Shown: piece after piece, positions 36,538 through 49,735 of the stretch | How the letters are laid out: each line of letters opens with the position of its first letter | Numbering within the stretch: position 1 is the stretch's first letter | DNA from: Stegostoma tigrinum | Taxonomy: Eukaryota | DNA: 64,000 nt | Direction of reading: 5' to 3' | NCBI RefSeq assembly: GCF_030684315.1 | Contig: NC_081369.1 | Span: 17,939,754-18,003,753, forward strand | Position numbers and translations under genes: made by a program | The notes under the pieces: generated by a model | Database searches by the model: none | What the model saw: only the letters and a program-made list of their open reading frames with translations | Told to the model about the DNA's origin: nothing

Positions 36538-37947
36538 TCTCCATCTCCAGCACATCCCTCACCTTCCTGGACCTCTCAGTCTCCATCTCAGGCAACCAGC
36601 TTGTAACTGATGTCCATTTCAAGCCCACCGACTCCCACAGCTACCTAGAATACACCTCCTCCCACCCACCCTCCTGCAAAAACTCCATCCCCTATTCCCA
36701 ATTCCTCCGCCTCCGCCGCATCTGCTCCCACGATAAGACATTCCACTCCCGCACATCCCAGATGTCCAAGTTCTTTAAGGACCGCAACTTCCCCCCCACG
36801 GTGATTGAGAACGCCCTTGACCGCGTCTCCCGCATTTCCCGCGACACATTCCTCACACCCCGCCCCCGCCACAACCGCCCCAAGAGGATCCCCCTCGTTC
36901 TCACACACCACCCTACCAACCTCCGGATACAACGCATTATCCTCCGACACTTCCGCCATTTACAATCCGACCCCACCACCCAAGACATTTTTCCATCCCC
37001 ACCCCTGTCTGCTTTCCGGAGAGACCACTCTCTCCGTGACTCCCTTGTTCGCTCCACACTGCCCTCCAACCCCACCACACCCGGCACCTTCCCCTGCAAC
37101 CGCAGGAAATGCTACACTTGTCCCCACACCTCCTCCCTCACCCCCATCCCAGGCCCCAAGATGACATTCCACATTAAGCAGAGGTTCACCTGCACATCTG
37201 CCAATGTGGTATACTGCATCCACTGTACCCGGTGCGGCTTTCTCTACATTGGGGAAACCAAGCGGAGGCTTGGGGACCGCTTTGCAGAACACCTCCGCTC
37301 AGTTCGCAACAAACAACTGCACCTCCCAGTCGCAAACCATTTCCACTCCCCCTCCCATTCTCTTGATGACATGTCCATCATGGGCCTCCTGCACTGCCAC
37401 AATGATGCCACCCGAAGGTTGCAGGAACAGCAACTCATATTCCGCCTGGGAACCCTGCAGCCATATGGTATCAATGTGGACTTCACCAGTTTCAAAATCT
37501 CCCCTTCCCCCACTGCATCCCTAAACCAGCCCAGTTCATCCCCTCCCCCCACTGCACCACACAACCAGCCCAGCTCTTCCCCCCCACCCACTGCATCCCA
37601 AAACCAGTCCAACCTGTCTCTGCCTCCCTAACCGGTTCTTCCTCTCACCCATCCCTTCCTCCCACCCCCAGCCGCACCCCCAGCTACCTACTAACCTCAT
37701 CCCACCTCCTTGACCTGTCCGTCTTCCCTGGACTGACCTATCCCCTCCCTACCTCCCCACCTACACCCTCTCCACCTATCTTCTTTGCTCTCCATCTTCG
37801 GTCCGCCTCCCCCTCTCTCCCTATTTATTCCAGTTCCCTCCCCCCATCCCCCTCTCTGATGAAGGGTCTAGGCCCGAAACGTCAGCTTTTGTGCTCCTGA
37901 GATGCTGCTTGGCCTGCTGTGTTCATCCAGCCTCACATTTTATTATC
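36538..37947 (+). mobile_element. 5'-truncated young Neptune-type Penelope-like element (RT C-terminus, linker, GIY-YIG, pLTR, no tail)
   Basis: Open frame 36540-37631: SISSTSLTFLDL...TDVHFKPTDSHSYL..SSHPPSCKNSIPYSQFLRLRRICS...GIY-YIG. TSD TTGAATAAATA at 36527-36537 and 37948-37958. Confidence 0.95.
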
Positions 37948-39914
37948 TTGAATAAATAGACATTCCTTAAGTGATTGAGGGTGCACCACTGCAGTTTAAC
38001 CCATTGCAGATAACTAAAAAATAATTTGAAGAATAAACATTGCAAAACAGAATATCCATTGAACAAACTACCAATTCCTCTGACAACCAGTTCTAACCAG
38101 GGGTTGCTTTCTTTTCTTTCATACATTAAATACATTTCAAAATGGATGTTGTTCCATTTGGACCACTATCTGCTGTGTGGACTGCATTAGTTGCTTTCTG
38201 AATGATGTTGAACTCTTGGTGCTGAATGGTTTATTAATTGGAAGATTTCATTGTTAATTTTTACCGGCAGTTAACCCTGGATGGGTGTGTTCAAAGCATT
38301 CATCTGGTTAATTGGAACTGGAGGAGACGGGGACAATGAAACTAAAAGCTCATTAAAAAAATTCTAAATTCCTGTACAGTGTTAAGAAGCAATTTGTGTA
38401 ACAGCACAAATGCATTTCATAAGGTCATTTCCTACTAAGCTTTCTGCTGTAATCAGTTCACAGCTAAATAGAAACATAGCTTTGTAATTCATTTTGCTGT
38501 CAGGTGAACGAAGAAAACAGATTTGCAATAGGGCTGCTGCCCTTAATCAATCATTTTTACCAAAACATCCTGTGCACCTTTAACATTTCTCTGGATACTA
38601 CCAGAAACATTGTAAATGTGGTAGCATATTATTAATAAATACTGTTTGTAATATATTGCTCATAAAATATACTGAAAAACATGTGAAGCCCATTGTTCAC
38701 AAGTTGGGCCCCCTGTTGGAAGAACAACTATCGTGTACAGAGGAAGTGCAGCAATATTTTCTTTCCAGTGTGTACAGGAATTCTGATAGTATTACAGAAT
38801 TATAAGTTCTATTATGGGCTAGATGTTGGAGGAAAATTCTGTACATTAATTGAAAGTTGTTAGGAATATGGACTGTAACTTCACACCACGCAGTTGTACT
38901 TAAAATTCACTTTTCACTGCTGCAGGAACTGACCAAAATGGTTTACGATCATTTGTTTCAGACAGAGTCCTGATAGGTCATGTCTGCAATGCTCTCCAGT
39001 CCCTGTTCTGGATGAGCAGTAAATTATAAGCGTATGCAAAAATAATCTCATTTTAATGAAATGTGCTATTTCACTCTTTCACTGCAAGGTGAATGAAAAA
39101 TTTAGTGAAATTTTTCTGAAACATAATTTGCAGGAGACTAACTACTCCTTGGTAAACTCAGAAAATTCTATTAATCTGCATGGGGCATTATATTTCCCAC
39201 AAAACCACAACAGCATCAAATAACAGAAAGAAATTATTAGCTGCCTTCACTAATTCTGCTGTCATTTTTTTGCGCGATCATGAAGTCCCTACTAATGATT
39301 TTAGGCCAGTTCAGAGCCAATAGTTTGATTTACCTTGTTACTGTATGTTCTTATGGTCTTTCAAGGCATATTTTCAAACTGCATGAAAAAAACATTACAA
39401 TTAAGAATGAACAGCAATGTGTTAAGTTGATGTTTGCAGTGACATTTCCAGAACCACTCTACTTATTGATATAAATCATATTTAAGATTAATATTTAAAT
39501 AACTAGCATCTATTATTTAAACCACCAATGAACATGTGGTATAAACAGAAAGTATGATGAGGAACTGTGGGATGCCAATTATACAAGCCCCACTTGTAAA
39601 TTCAGCAAGATCTCACTATAAAAGGTCCCAATATCTCACTTGCAAGGTCAGGTCAGTATGTTTTTAAAATAAGAATCAGAGCATATAATTCCCCATCTTG
39701 TATGCTCCTTGTCTAATTTTGCTCATTTGCTTTAATGTGTGTTTTCTCCATTCTGCCAATATTCTTGCCTCCTTTTGCCATTCTCCTAAAGGTATTACCT
39801 CCTTGCTGTGCTGCAGTTCCACTGGTGTTTGCAAGCATTTTTCTCAAGTGGTAACTAAATTCAATATGTGAACACAGACAATGAATATTGATGAGTCTTC
39901 ACAGCACAACGGGA

Positions 39915-40568
39915 AAGCTAGTGACATAACGGTAATGTCATTGGACTAGCAACCCAGAATTCGAGGCCAAAGTTCTGGGGGACAGGGGTTCAAATTCTAT
40001 CATGACAGATGGCAAGATTTGAATTTAATAAAGGTTGTGTCTGCTGATACCACCGACGCTAATATACTCTGCAAATATGCATATTTAATAGATGCAACCA
40101 TGAATAGAGAGAAGAATGCAGGGAACCAGAGGGAGACAGAGTACCTCACTTGTCATTCCTGTGTTCTCATACACAAATGCCAACCTGCCCCCACACTGTG
40201 CCCTGTTACAAGATCATTTTCTCTGCACATATGCAGCTTTTGCTTATGGTTTGACGACATAGGATCTGGAACTATGCATATGCAGGTTTCCAGATGAGCA
40301 TGCACGCACAATTGTTTGCAGTTGCAAGAGTCAGTAGGTACTGCCTTCTATATGCACCTTCTGGAACAAAGAACAGGCTTAATAGTGATCATACAACAAT
40401 TGTTGTAAAAGTTCATCTGGTTCACTAATGTCCTTTAGGGAAAGAAATCTGCCATCCTTACCTGGTCTGGCCTACAGGACTCCAGACTCACAAAACTGCC
40501 CTCAAGGCAATTAAGGGTGGGCAATAAATGCTGACCTAACCAGAAAGGCCCACATCCCATGAATAAAT
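39915..40568 (+). mobile_element. tRNA-head SINE (same family as 5782-6116) split by a ~320-bp unrelated insert
   Basis: Head with GGTTCAAATTC at ~39987. The body resumes at ~40380 (ctggttcactaatgtcctttaggg) and ends cccacatcccatgaataa. Confidence 0.65.
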
Positions 40569-41129
40569 TACTAAAAATAATAGCCAAGACCAAACCTGGT
40601 TTTCCTTGATGCAAGCATACACATTAACCCACACTTCACCTCTCCCGGCTACCCTCACCAGCACAATGGGTGACCACTTCAAGCAGGGTCATTGGATACC
40701 ATCTAGAAGTAGGATTCCTGACTGAAATATCTTCTTAAACTAAAGTCAATCATATGATCACTAGTATTGTAACAGCAGAAACTAACTCTTTAGAGACTCA
40801 GTGATAGATATGGGTTGACATGGAAAGGAAAGGCAACAGCAGGGGAGTGGACATGAGGGTAGGGTAAGGAGAGTGTGGGGTGTGAGGTTTTGTGATCTTG
40901 GAACTTTTCAGGTGAAGTCTGGTTTGAATTGGGCTACAGCAGCCTGACCAATAACATGAGCTTTGATCACACAATAAATTCCATTCTTAGTATCTTTGCA
41001 CAGTAGACAAGCTCCAGGCATTGAGAGGCTGCCCACCCACTAGGCAGTAGCAAGCTGTTGTGCAGATCAAAAGCTGCTAAAGTGATGGGCATTTTAATTG
41101 TTTTAATTGTAGAAAGATCAGGGGAATAA

Positions 41130-41330
41130 AATGTCTGGCCAGTCTACAGGAGAGAAATATGTTCCCAGTTTCACAGATCCTGCAGTGGAACTATTGTTGG
41201 AAGAAATGGGGCAGAGGAGGGAAACCCATAATGGGGGATTGTAGACTCTCCACAGCCAATGCATTGAGTACCATGATCTGCAACTTAGGGTCCAAATAAA
41301 CACAGGAAGTACTTAAAGAAGTTATCAGGT
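41130..41330 (+). mobile_element. Possible Harbinger-associated Myb/SANT-like ORF remnant
   Basis: MSGQSTGEKYVPSFTDPAVELLLEEMGQRRE resembles the APRFSD..LE.LL..V..RR start of such proteins. The match is short. Confidence 0.35.
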
Positions 41331-41883
41331 CAGACAAAAGAGCCATAGACATTTCCTCCGAGCACACAATGCACTAAACTGGTCAATCACTTCCAAAGGC
41401 TCCCTGTTTTAATTGCTTACCATCAGTGCCCAGTACAGTGAACTGTAGGGTTTCTTTAACACCCAAGACTTTCACTGAGAAGTGTTCATTCAGTTAGATT
41501 CTAACATCCATTTTCTCTTTCAATTAATGTAACAGGTCGTTGAAGATGTCTGTGGTCTCCCGAGTATGGGCTATGTGCTGACAATTGGGATTTACTGCAT
41601 GTCGTGTTAACAAAAGGTCATTCTCACTTTTGACATTCTTTTTCAAGAACAGAACAGCCCATAGCAAGCATGAGAGAGCTTTGAAAACTTCAAAATGTTG
41701 GCCTTCAAGATCCACTAAACCTGTTTCTCATTATCTCACCAATGCAGACTTCTCCCCTTCGCAATAGCTCTCTCCTTTCTTTTTCCTCCTTTATCATTGT
41801 CTCTCTCTTTTCTGCCCCTCTTCAGTTTCTTTTAATTTGCATTATGTTCAGTGGTGCAGAAATCAGTAAATGGAGGAGGCTCA

Positions 41884-42325
41884 GGATGTCACAATGATGC
41901 CACCTGGAAACTGGAGGAGCAACACCTCATATTCCACCTTGGGAGCCGACAACCCAGAGGTCTCAATGTGGACTTTACCAGTTTCAAAATCTCCCCACCC
42001 CGGCCTCATCCCATGACCAATCCTCCCTCTCATCCTCATCTCCTTGACCAGACACAACCTGTCTATCTCCTCTCTCACATCACCGACCAATCCCCACACT
42101 GCCTACCTGCACCCACCTATCACCATCCCACCTACCTTTCCCAGCCCCACCCCTCCTCTGTCTAATTATTTTGGAGCATCCTTCCCCCTCTCCCATTTCT
42201 GAAGAGGTGTCCTGACCCAAAACATCAATTTACCTGCTCCTCTGATGCTGCCTGGCCTGCTGTGTTCCTTCAGCTCCATACTGTGTTAACTCTGGCTCCG
42301 GCGTTGGCAATTCTTACTGTCTCTG
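41884..42325 (+). mobile_element. Penelope GIY-YIG end + pLTR + tail, older subfamily
   Basis: CHNDATWKLEEQHLIFHLGSRQPRGLNVDFTSFKISP. Confidence 0.88.
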
Positions 42326-42339
42326 AGACACTTCTTCAA

Positions 42340-43031
42340 TATCCTGTTTCCTGTGAAGACCATCAGCCTTCACATTCAAAGGATCACCATTGACAATCTT
42401 CCAAGCTTACAGTTACCTTCCATTTAATTCACCATCTTGCTCTTGTGCTGACATCTCTGTCCTTGGTCTGCTGCTGTGATCCAGTGAAGTTCAGCACAAC
42501 CAAAAGACAGTACCTCATCTTTACATCCTACAGACTCAAGATTGAGTTCAACAATCACGGACTGTGAACTCAGTCCTCCATTTCAATTATTTTTGCCATG
42601 TGCCAGTTGGAATTTTGTTTTTCATGGTTCTGTTTTCGGATGTTTTCTGAGCTGTTCATTATTCTGCCATTTACACTTGCACCGAACAAATGCTTTGCCT
42701 CTTTTGTCCCATGACATCTTTGTCATTTACTTTCTCCTGCCCTCTAACCTATTCCAGAGCATTATCCCCTTCCATGGCATAAAATCTACCATATTTCTTT
42801 ACTTCTTAAATTCTAAAGAAGAATGATACTTGACTTGAAACATTATTTCATTTCTCTCTCCAAAGAGCTGCTTAACCTGCTGAGAATTTCTAGCAAAATA
42901 AAAACCGAAAGAACTGTGAATGGTATAAATCAGGAGGAAAAACAGAAGTTGCTGGAAAAGCTCAGCAGGACTGGCAGCATCTGTGGAGAAAGAATCAGAG
43001 TTAACATTTCGCGTTTGGTGACCCTTCTGAG
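42340..43031. mobile_element. Decayed plus-strand Penelope 3' end abutting an inverted pLTR end (42893-43031, minus)
   Basis: HLIF...GL.IEFNN remnant near 42510-42560. The minus-strand tail cagaagggtcaccaaacgcgaaatgttaactctg...gatgctgccagtcctgctgag matches the 4575-4708 family. Confidence 0.6.
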
Positions 43032-43689
43032 GTTTTTCACTCCTCCTCCTCCTTCCTTACAATTCTGCGTCCCTTGCATTGCTTCTTCTACTGCTACGTA
43101 CCCTTCCACTGACCATCTCCCTTCACACTCCTCTTCTACCACCCCCACTGTAAGTCACATCACCTCCCGACTTTCTCCCACTTCACCATCCCTCCCTTTG
43201 TTTGTATTTCAGATATCACAATTGGGCAATACTAGTCAGCTCAATGCTCACTGCTAAGGTGGCAGCCTGAGAGTTATGGACATGTTGCTCAGCTGATTGC
43301 CAAATTAAAAATATTTCACCTCTGAACATATTTGTAAGTGACAGGTTATGGGTGACATTAATAATTCCAATTTGAAAAACACGCAAAAATGCAAGTGCTT
43401 TCTTAGTTAGGTGCGTAACAAATTTGTTTCCCTATGTTGTTGACAATATCTGGACAAGGGCTACCAGACACATGTGGTAAGCTTTTTTTGCTGAAGAAGG
43501 CAACTCTATTTTATCAATGTTCTGTATTCATCTAGGGCTCTCTTATTTTAATGAAAATCTCTATTGATGCATGTGTTTGGCATTAGTGACCCATGTATGA
43601 AAGCAAGTGAAAGCAGAGTGAGGGATATATTCATATCTCTACTAACTTCTTAAAATCTTTACAGTCCTATGTATTAATTACGTGAGAAA

Positions 43690-43866
43690 GTCATTAGGAA
43701 ACCAACATTACAAAAATAGATTTCTGTTTGTGGGTGCTTGCTATGCATAAATTAGTTACTGTGGTGTCCTTAGTTACAACCATGAACACATTTCAAAATT
43801 ACTTTATTGGCCATAAAGCATTTTAGGACATCACATGACTGTGAAAGGCACTATACAAAGCCTTTC
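43690..43866 (+). mobile_element. SacSINE1-like 3' fragment
   Basis: ctgtttgtggg...caaaattactttattggccataaagcatttt...gtgaaaggcactata. Confidence 0.55.
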
Positions 43867-44163
43867 TTAATATTCATACTTAGGTGATATTTTGTTGTTC
43901 TGTCGGGATATCTCTCACAGCACCACATGTACTGTAGGGGATTGGGAAGATACTCTGCTTCAAGCTTCTCAAGAACAACTAAGAATGGACAAAAAAAAGC
44001 CTTTTCGGCAATGCCTGCATCCTGAGAAAGAATTCAAAAAGAATATTCTACATGATATAGGATTAAAGAAATGTTTCCTCCATCATCCCTGTGTTCCTGT
44101 CCATCATATCACAGAGCAATACTATTACTATTACGCAACGCAATGTAAAAGAAATAGATTTGG

Positions 44164-44169
44164 TTTATT
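44164..44169 (-). promoter_or_regulatory. Candidate polyadenylation signal for the NRN1L-like gene
   Basis: AATAAA on the minus strand ~1.2 kb past the stop codon, after a repeat-poor AU-rich stretch. Another AATAAA lies near 45158-45163. No transcript evidence. Confidence 0.3.
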
Positions 44170-45385
44170 TGTTTAAAAGAAAATAAATAAAACAACAGTG
44201 TGAAAATATTGTTAAATGAAGTGGATATGTTTTGAGAAAATTCAGACATGCCCACAGATGCTAAAAGTCACATAACCTTGATAGTTGCTTGGGCTGTTAC
44301 AGCTCAAATGCCAGAAGTGCAAGTTGTACTTCTTTCAATCACTTGATTTCTGCTACTGCTGCAGAGAACAGATATATAATGTATCAGGAGATGCAGAAAG
44401 AGTCACTGCAAGTGATTTTGTGCCTTGGCCAAATAACTTTTATTGGTAGCAATCAAATTGGTGAAGTTGATGATTTAATAGGACTTCAGTTTGATGTTCT
44501 CTGCCCTTTGAATAAATTCACTCAGTCCTGAAGTGTCGGCCTAGATTATGATCATAAATCCTATGGTGAGAGTTAAGAGCATAACCAACGACGTCAAGGT
44601 GGCATTAGCTGGAATGCATGTGAGTGAAAGGTCAGTTTTTACAATATAGATATTAACATCCCTAAGCTACATTTTTGTTCAATTTCCATACCACATGTAA
44701 TTTGCTTCCAAGGCATATGTTCACATCAAAGAATTCCCATACAGTTATTATTTCTGTATATTCCTTTACATTAACCTGTTTTAGTTGCATACTGGTCATA
44801 ACATTTTCTATACTTACACCCACCTCCATGAGGGCCTGAAACTTGCTAAGATTCTGTTCCACAGATACCAGCAGTGCTCTGCAGTCTCCATTGGTTCTGT
44901 TCAAATGGAGGTCTAGGATTAATTAGTTAATCTTGGAGTATTATCATCAGGGAAAACCCTGTCCTCACAAGATGTCTGATGTGTACAATAATGCCTAAAC
45001 AGCAACCAGTGATAGGAACCCCAGCTGGTATTTCCTGGCACAGCAGTAGCTCAAATATCCTCATTTAAGAGATTCAAAATCAGTCCAATCCAGGACTTGA
45101 ACTTTCCTAGTCTATAGGCACAGCACAATTAGCTACCAAACCAGCAGGGCGACTACTTTTATTTTTATCTAATGAATCAACTATGCATTCAAGCTGTGTG
45201 ACATTCTTTGAATGAGAAGTACATTAAATTAATGTAATTTGAACAGAATTATAGAAAGAACCACCCTTAACCGACAGAGAGAGACAACATTCAAAGACAT
45301 TTAAACAGCCAAACATTTTGTCTGTATCAATGGTATTCTTGTCTCTCCGGTGAAGGGAATTAATGCTGGGAGCTGACCTGGAGAT

Positions 45386-45665
45386 CTACATGTTGACCAC
45401 CAACACAGCAATGGACAGAATGAGTGTTGTCAGTCCATACCACAGTGATCCGGCAGAACCTCTCAGGCTCTCTCTGTTTGATTCGCTTCTATCGGAGTTT
45501 TCCATAGTACCAGATGGCCTCACTCTTGAGCTGCACAGTTCATGCAAGTTGCCTTCAAACTGTAACTTTTTCGACTCCTTCCTGAGGGACTCCCAAACAG
45601 AGGCAGTGTCTGCAGGGCAACCTTCCAGAACCGAGTCTGCACATGCATGAAAATCATCCCAGGAC
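45386..45665 (-). CDS. NRN1L: Neuritin-like protein (CPG15-2), last coding exon
   Basis: Acceptor ttttttctgtgcag|G TCC TGG. Translates (R)SWDDFHACADSVLEGCPADTASVWESLRKESKKLQFEGNLHELC...SESNRESLRGSAGSLWYGLTTLILSIAVLVVNM*, matching recalled NRN1L (RSWNDFHACAS.VLSGCP..AA.VWESL...NLH.LC...SETNQETLR) with a hydrophobic GPI-type C-terminus. Confidence 0.92.
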
Positions 45666-47689
45666 CTGCACAGAAAAAAGTGCATACTAAATTGGCTTAC
45701 TTAGGTGTAAGAGAAACATATGCACTTCAGAAAAAAAATGTTCAGTGGCAAATAATTCAGTAGCTTTCAACATTTTTTGGATTAAGGAATTCCACAACAT
45801 TTCGAGAGATTCTTTGGGGGTACTACAAACAAAGTAAGGCGCTTTTTAAATGAATGCAAATTAAATTACACTATTACATTCTGAAAACTTATGATATAAT
45901 ATTGTGGATTATACAATGCTGATGTTTTGTAATTATTTAATTTCAGTTTTTTGCATGAGGTTTAAATGGAATTCTTCTGCATTTGGTTCTACCTTCAAAT
46001 GACCTAAAATTGAGGAAACTCTTGTTCTAGGAAAAAAAACCTGTTTGGAAAATAATAAGCTAATTTCGCAAGTGACTGGAAAAATTTATAATAAGAAGGT
46101 TGAGCTCATGTGTCACATTCTCACCTTTGGGCCAGGAAGCCCAAGTTCACGTCCTATCTGCTCCAGAGATGTGTAAATAACAGGTTGATTAGAAATGTCT
46201 ACAATAAGAACCTGTTACAACATCACCATTAAGTTTCATTGGGATTCTTCACCTAGCCAAATGACCTGACTGATGCTTTTAAGTTGTCTTGTTGGCACTA
46301 ATTTACACTAGTCACAATGATGAGGACATCACATCCTGGCAGTGCACAACATAGAGTTGGAATACAGTTTGTCATTACAGACCAAGAAACACATCATTGC
46401 TCTTTCATAGATGTCTCTTGTATTTTCATATCATGGAGGGATTTTCATGGCTGGAAATATGTTTAAGTACTGTGATACACTTTGAATGTTTGTGCTTTCC
46501 AATACCCATTGAGAAATGTCATTCTTGTGTCCTCCAAGTGCCTCAGTTGCAGTTGCACTCTTTGCAGCCCTTTCCAAACCAGCATACTTTGTCTCAGGCA
46601 GCACAATACATGATTTTCCCAAATACAGTAATATTCCAGGAGATGCATGAAACCAGCCCATAATTCAGGCTATTTGAGATGGAGTTGGAGATGTTAGCAG
46701 GGAGAGGAAGAGTAAGTGGAAATCTGGAAAGTTCCTTTCTGATCTCATCAAACAATGAAAGCCAGTAAATAAGGTCGCACTGATCAACATCAACATTACC
46801 AGGTACCTACTTCCTAATGTAGAAGAGTCCAATTTGACTCAAAATATAACTGTTGTATCTCTCTCCATAGCTATTGCTCGACCTGCTGCGTTTTTCCAGC
46901 ACTTTCTAATTTTATTTCAGATTTTCACTATCTGCAGTATTTTATTTTTACCTACTTTCTACTTAATGTGTTGCGTGGAGTCTTTGAAGTTCTTTGAAGG
47001 TAAAAGTTATTTACTTTCTTAAAACCTATGTGCAAGACAAAAGAAAAATCAATTTTATGTGGTTTGAAGATTGTCAGGTCAGTTGAGCAGCCTATGGGAA
47101 ACTATCAGTCATGTCTTCAGAGATATTCAATTACATAACAACTGTTTACATTTATACAAGGTCATTACTACAGTAAAATGTTATAAGGTGCTTCACAGTG
47201 TTACCAGACCAAATTGGATGCCAAGTGACATAAGGAGGCATTAAAAGACTGGTGACAAAAGCTTGGTCAAAGACATGAATTTTGTAAAGGTGTGCAGAAA
47301 GATAAAGAAGTTAGGGATAGAATCCCAAAGTTAAGGCCTTGTTAGTTGAAGGCATGACTCATTGGGAGAGAAAAAAAAATAGGAAATATGCAGAGGGGTG
47401 AGGGACTCCAGCAAACATTTAATGTATGTGGAGTTTCTGAATGCAGTACATAATTATCAGTGAGTATGAATCCATTGGTATTACAATTATGGGGTGACAC
47501 TATAGTTCATGTTTTCCATGGTAACCACTTTAGTAATGCAAACTGTTGCTCATGTAAGCATAATGTCAAAGACCATGCAGAGTAGCTCCAGACAGGTAGG
47601 AATTGTCTGGAAGCACAACGTGCTTTTACTGAGGGCATAAGTGCAAGGGATGCTGGTAGTCTGGCAAATATGGGAACAGTATGTGATAA

Positions 47690-47870
47690 GATGTGATGCT
47701 ACAGTCCCCTTTATTTTACAATCTTCAGCTTTGCTGACTAGCCTGTTGTGTGGCACTTTATCAATTGACATTTGGTGGTCCTTACTAATCACATCAACCA
47801 CATTACCCTCATCTCTGTTATCCCATGATAAAAAGCTCAATAAAGTTGGTTAAATATGATTGGACTTTAT
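47690..47870 (-). mobile_element. Old CR1 RT fragment
   Basis: DEGNVVDVI..D....DKVPHNRLVSK. Confidence 0.65.
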
Positions 47871-48069
47871 CAAATCTCCATCGTTTGAAAAATTATTGCC
47901 ATTACTTCTACAGTTTCCATCCTTAATTCCCTCAGTTGTATCCATTTTTCTATGGTCCTCGTGCTTTCTGATAGCCTAGAGATTCTACCCGACCAGTCTG
48001 TAAAGTAGTAAGTGAGCAGCAAGCCAGGATGAGGGAAAGGATAGCACACAGGAGGGTGAGGTAGCAGAT

Positions 48070-48388
48070 GGGCAGCACGGTGGCTCAGTAGTTAGCACTG
48101 TTGCCTCACAGCACCAGGGACCAGGGTTCAATTCCAGCCTCGGGCAACTATCTGTGCGGAGTTTGCACATTCTCCCCACATCTGCATGGGTTTCCTCCAG
48201 GTGCTCCGGTTTCCTCCCACAGTCCAGAGATGTGCAGGTTAGGTGGATTGGCCATGCTAAATTGCCCATAGTGTTCAGGGGTGTGTAGATTAGGTGGATT
48301 ATAGGTGTATGGGTCTGGGTGGGATGCTTCAAGGGTTGGTGCGGATTTGCTGGGCCGAAGACCCTGTTTCCACACTGTAGGGATTCTA
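48070..48388 (+). mobile_element. HE1-type V-SINE (in NRN1L intron)
   Basis: GGGCAGCACGGTGGCTCAGTAGTTAGCACTG...GGTTCAATTCC, V-domain, and tail ccacactgtagggattcta. Confidence 0.92.
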
Positions 48389-49224
48389 CATTGTCTGCTG
48401 CATGGGACTAAGTTGGAGGCTTTGATCGAGTGGTATACAGAAAAGAGCAAATAGAAACACACAGAAACGCTTGGTGCATTGTGAGGTCTACAAGAGAGTT
48501 ACTTGTCACTGTCAAGAAGCATGATGGAGTCTCGTTCTGCTTTTGGCTGGTGGCTTCATGCAGGCTTTAGAGCCCAGTTTTTCCAGAATGAAAGTAGTGA
48601 CCAACTACATGTTGACAGCTGCTGATCAAAACACAATGCGGCTGGTGGCTGAAATCTCAGCTTCCATTCCATCACAGGCTGAAACACCCAATGTCTGAGT
48701 GGAAGCTCTAGCTGATATTATGAATTCCAGGCATGTTGCCACACAAGCCCAAACTGTTGCCAGCATTATTGTGACACCTGCATAAAATGGGCTTCACCGG
48801 ATTACAGAAGTCCAGCAATCTGTTCTTCAATCAGTTTGAGGATTGCTGAGTAGCTCCACAGAGCACAGCCTGCTGCCTTCTCCCAGCTTACCCCACTGCC
48901 ACTCCAGCAATGTCCCTGCTGTTGCCTGGTTGCAAGCTGATACCACCATCACCCATACTGAGGCGGTGACCTTCTCCTTCTGGCTCACAGCCATTTTTCT
49001 CCTGAGAGCTTGGCGGAGTTTGACGACAGGCTGCTGTGAGTATTGGAGGGTACTGAGAAGTGGCCCAGGCAGTGGAGCCACTGTTCAAGAACACTGACTT
49101 GCTGCAGCTGTATGTGCACTGTCCACATATGGTCAGGTGGCAAGGGGAATTCAGGAAACCCATGTACAGTGGGTACCCCTTGAGCCAGAATGTGACTTTT
49201 TGCTGACAATGTAGCTCAAATTGT

Positions 49225-49735
49225 GGGAATAATTGTGGGACAGGATAAAAGCATTATAAGTATAACAGGCATTCACCATAGTTATGCTCAGTGCATGGTC
49301 ACACATCAGCTGCATATTCAGGGAGCGGAAGCCTTGTGATTCTAATACATCTCCCCCATGAGATGCAGCACCCATCACCACTGAGAATACAACTATTTGA
49401 GCAATGCCTGTTCTTCCTACTTCACTCTTTTTAACAATTAAGCCCTCACTCCTCACATATAGGACCTCAAAGATCTCCCGGATGCAGCAGTTCCCACTGA
49501 ACTGAGAGATATTGACAATGACATCAACAATGTTTCCTTAGGAGTACAAATTGAAGGCAACAGTGGCCTTAATGCCCAACAACAGGGCCATCCTCATCTG
49601 ATTCCCCATCTTTAGGTCTGGTCAGAAGAGGTGGCTCTGGTCAGTAACCAACTGCTTGGTGAAGGATAACTGCCTCAATCACTGCTCCTGCCTGAGGTAG
49701 TGATAGAATAAGTGATCAGAGCCTTTGGTAAGTGC
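49225..49735 (-). mobile_element. Decayed PIF/Harbinger (HARBI1-like) transposase remnant
   Basis: IAQIVVFSVVMGA...QGFRSLNMQLMCDHALSITMVNACY..NAFIL parallels F..IAGFP.V.GAID...KGFHSLNVQLVCD...I..V.A..PGS.HD.FIL. Upstream AL..GIKATVAFNLY...ISQFSG.CCIREIFEVLY parallels the N-terminal helical region. Confidence 0.65.

Noticed and set aside
45363-45650. 95-aa plus-strand ORF
   Set aside because: It is the antisense shadow of the NRN1L last exon.
48070-48140. tRNA gene (also at 29055-29124 and 5785-5870)
   Set aside because: The A/B boxes are SINE heads that continue into SINE bodies and LINE-like tails.
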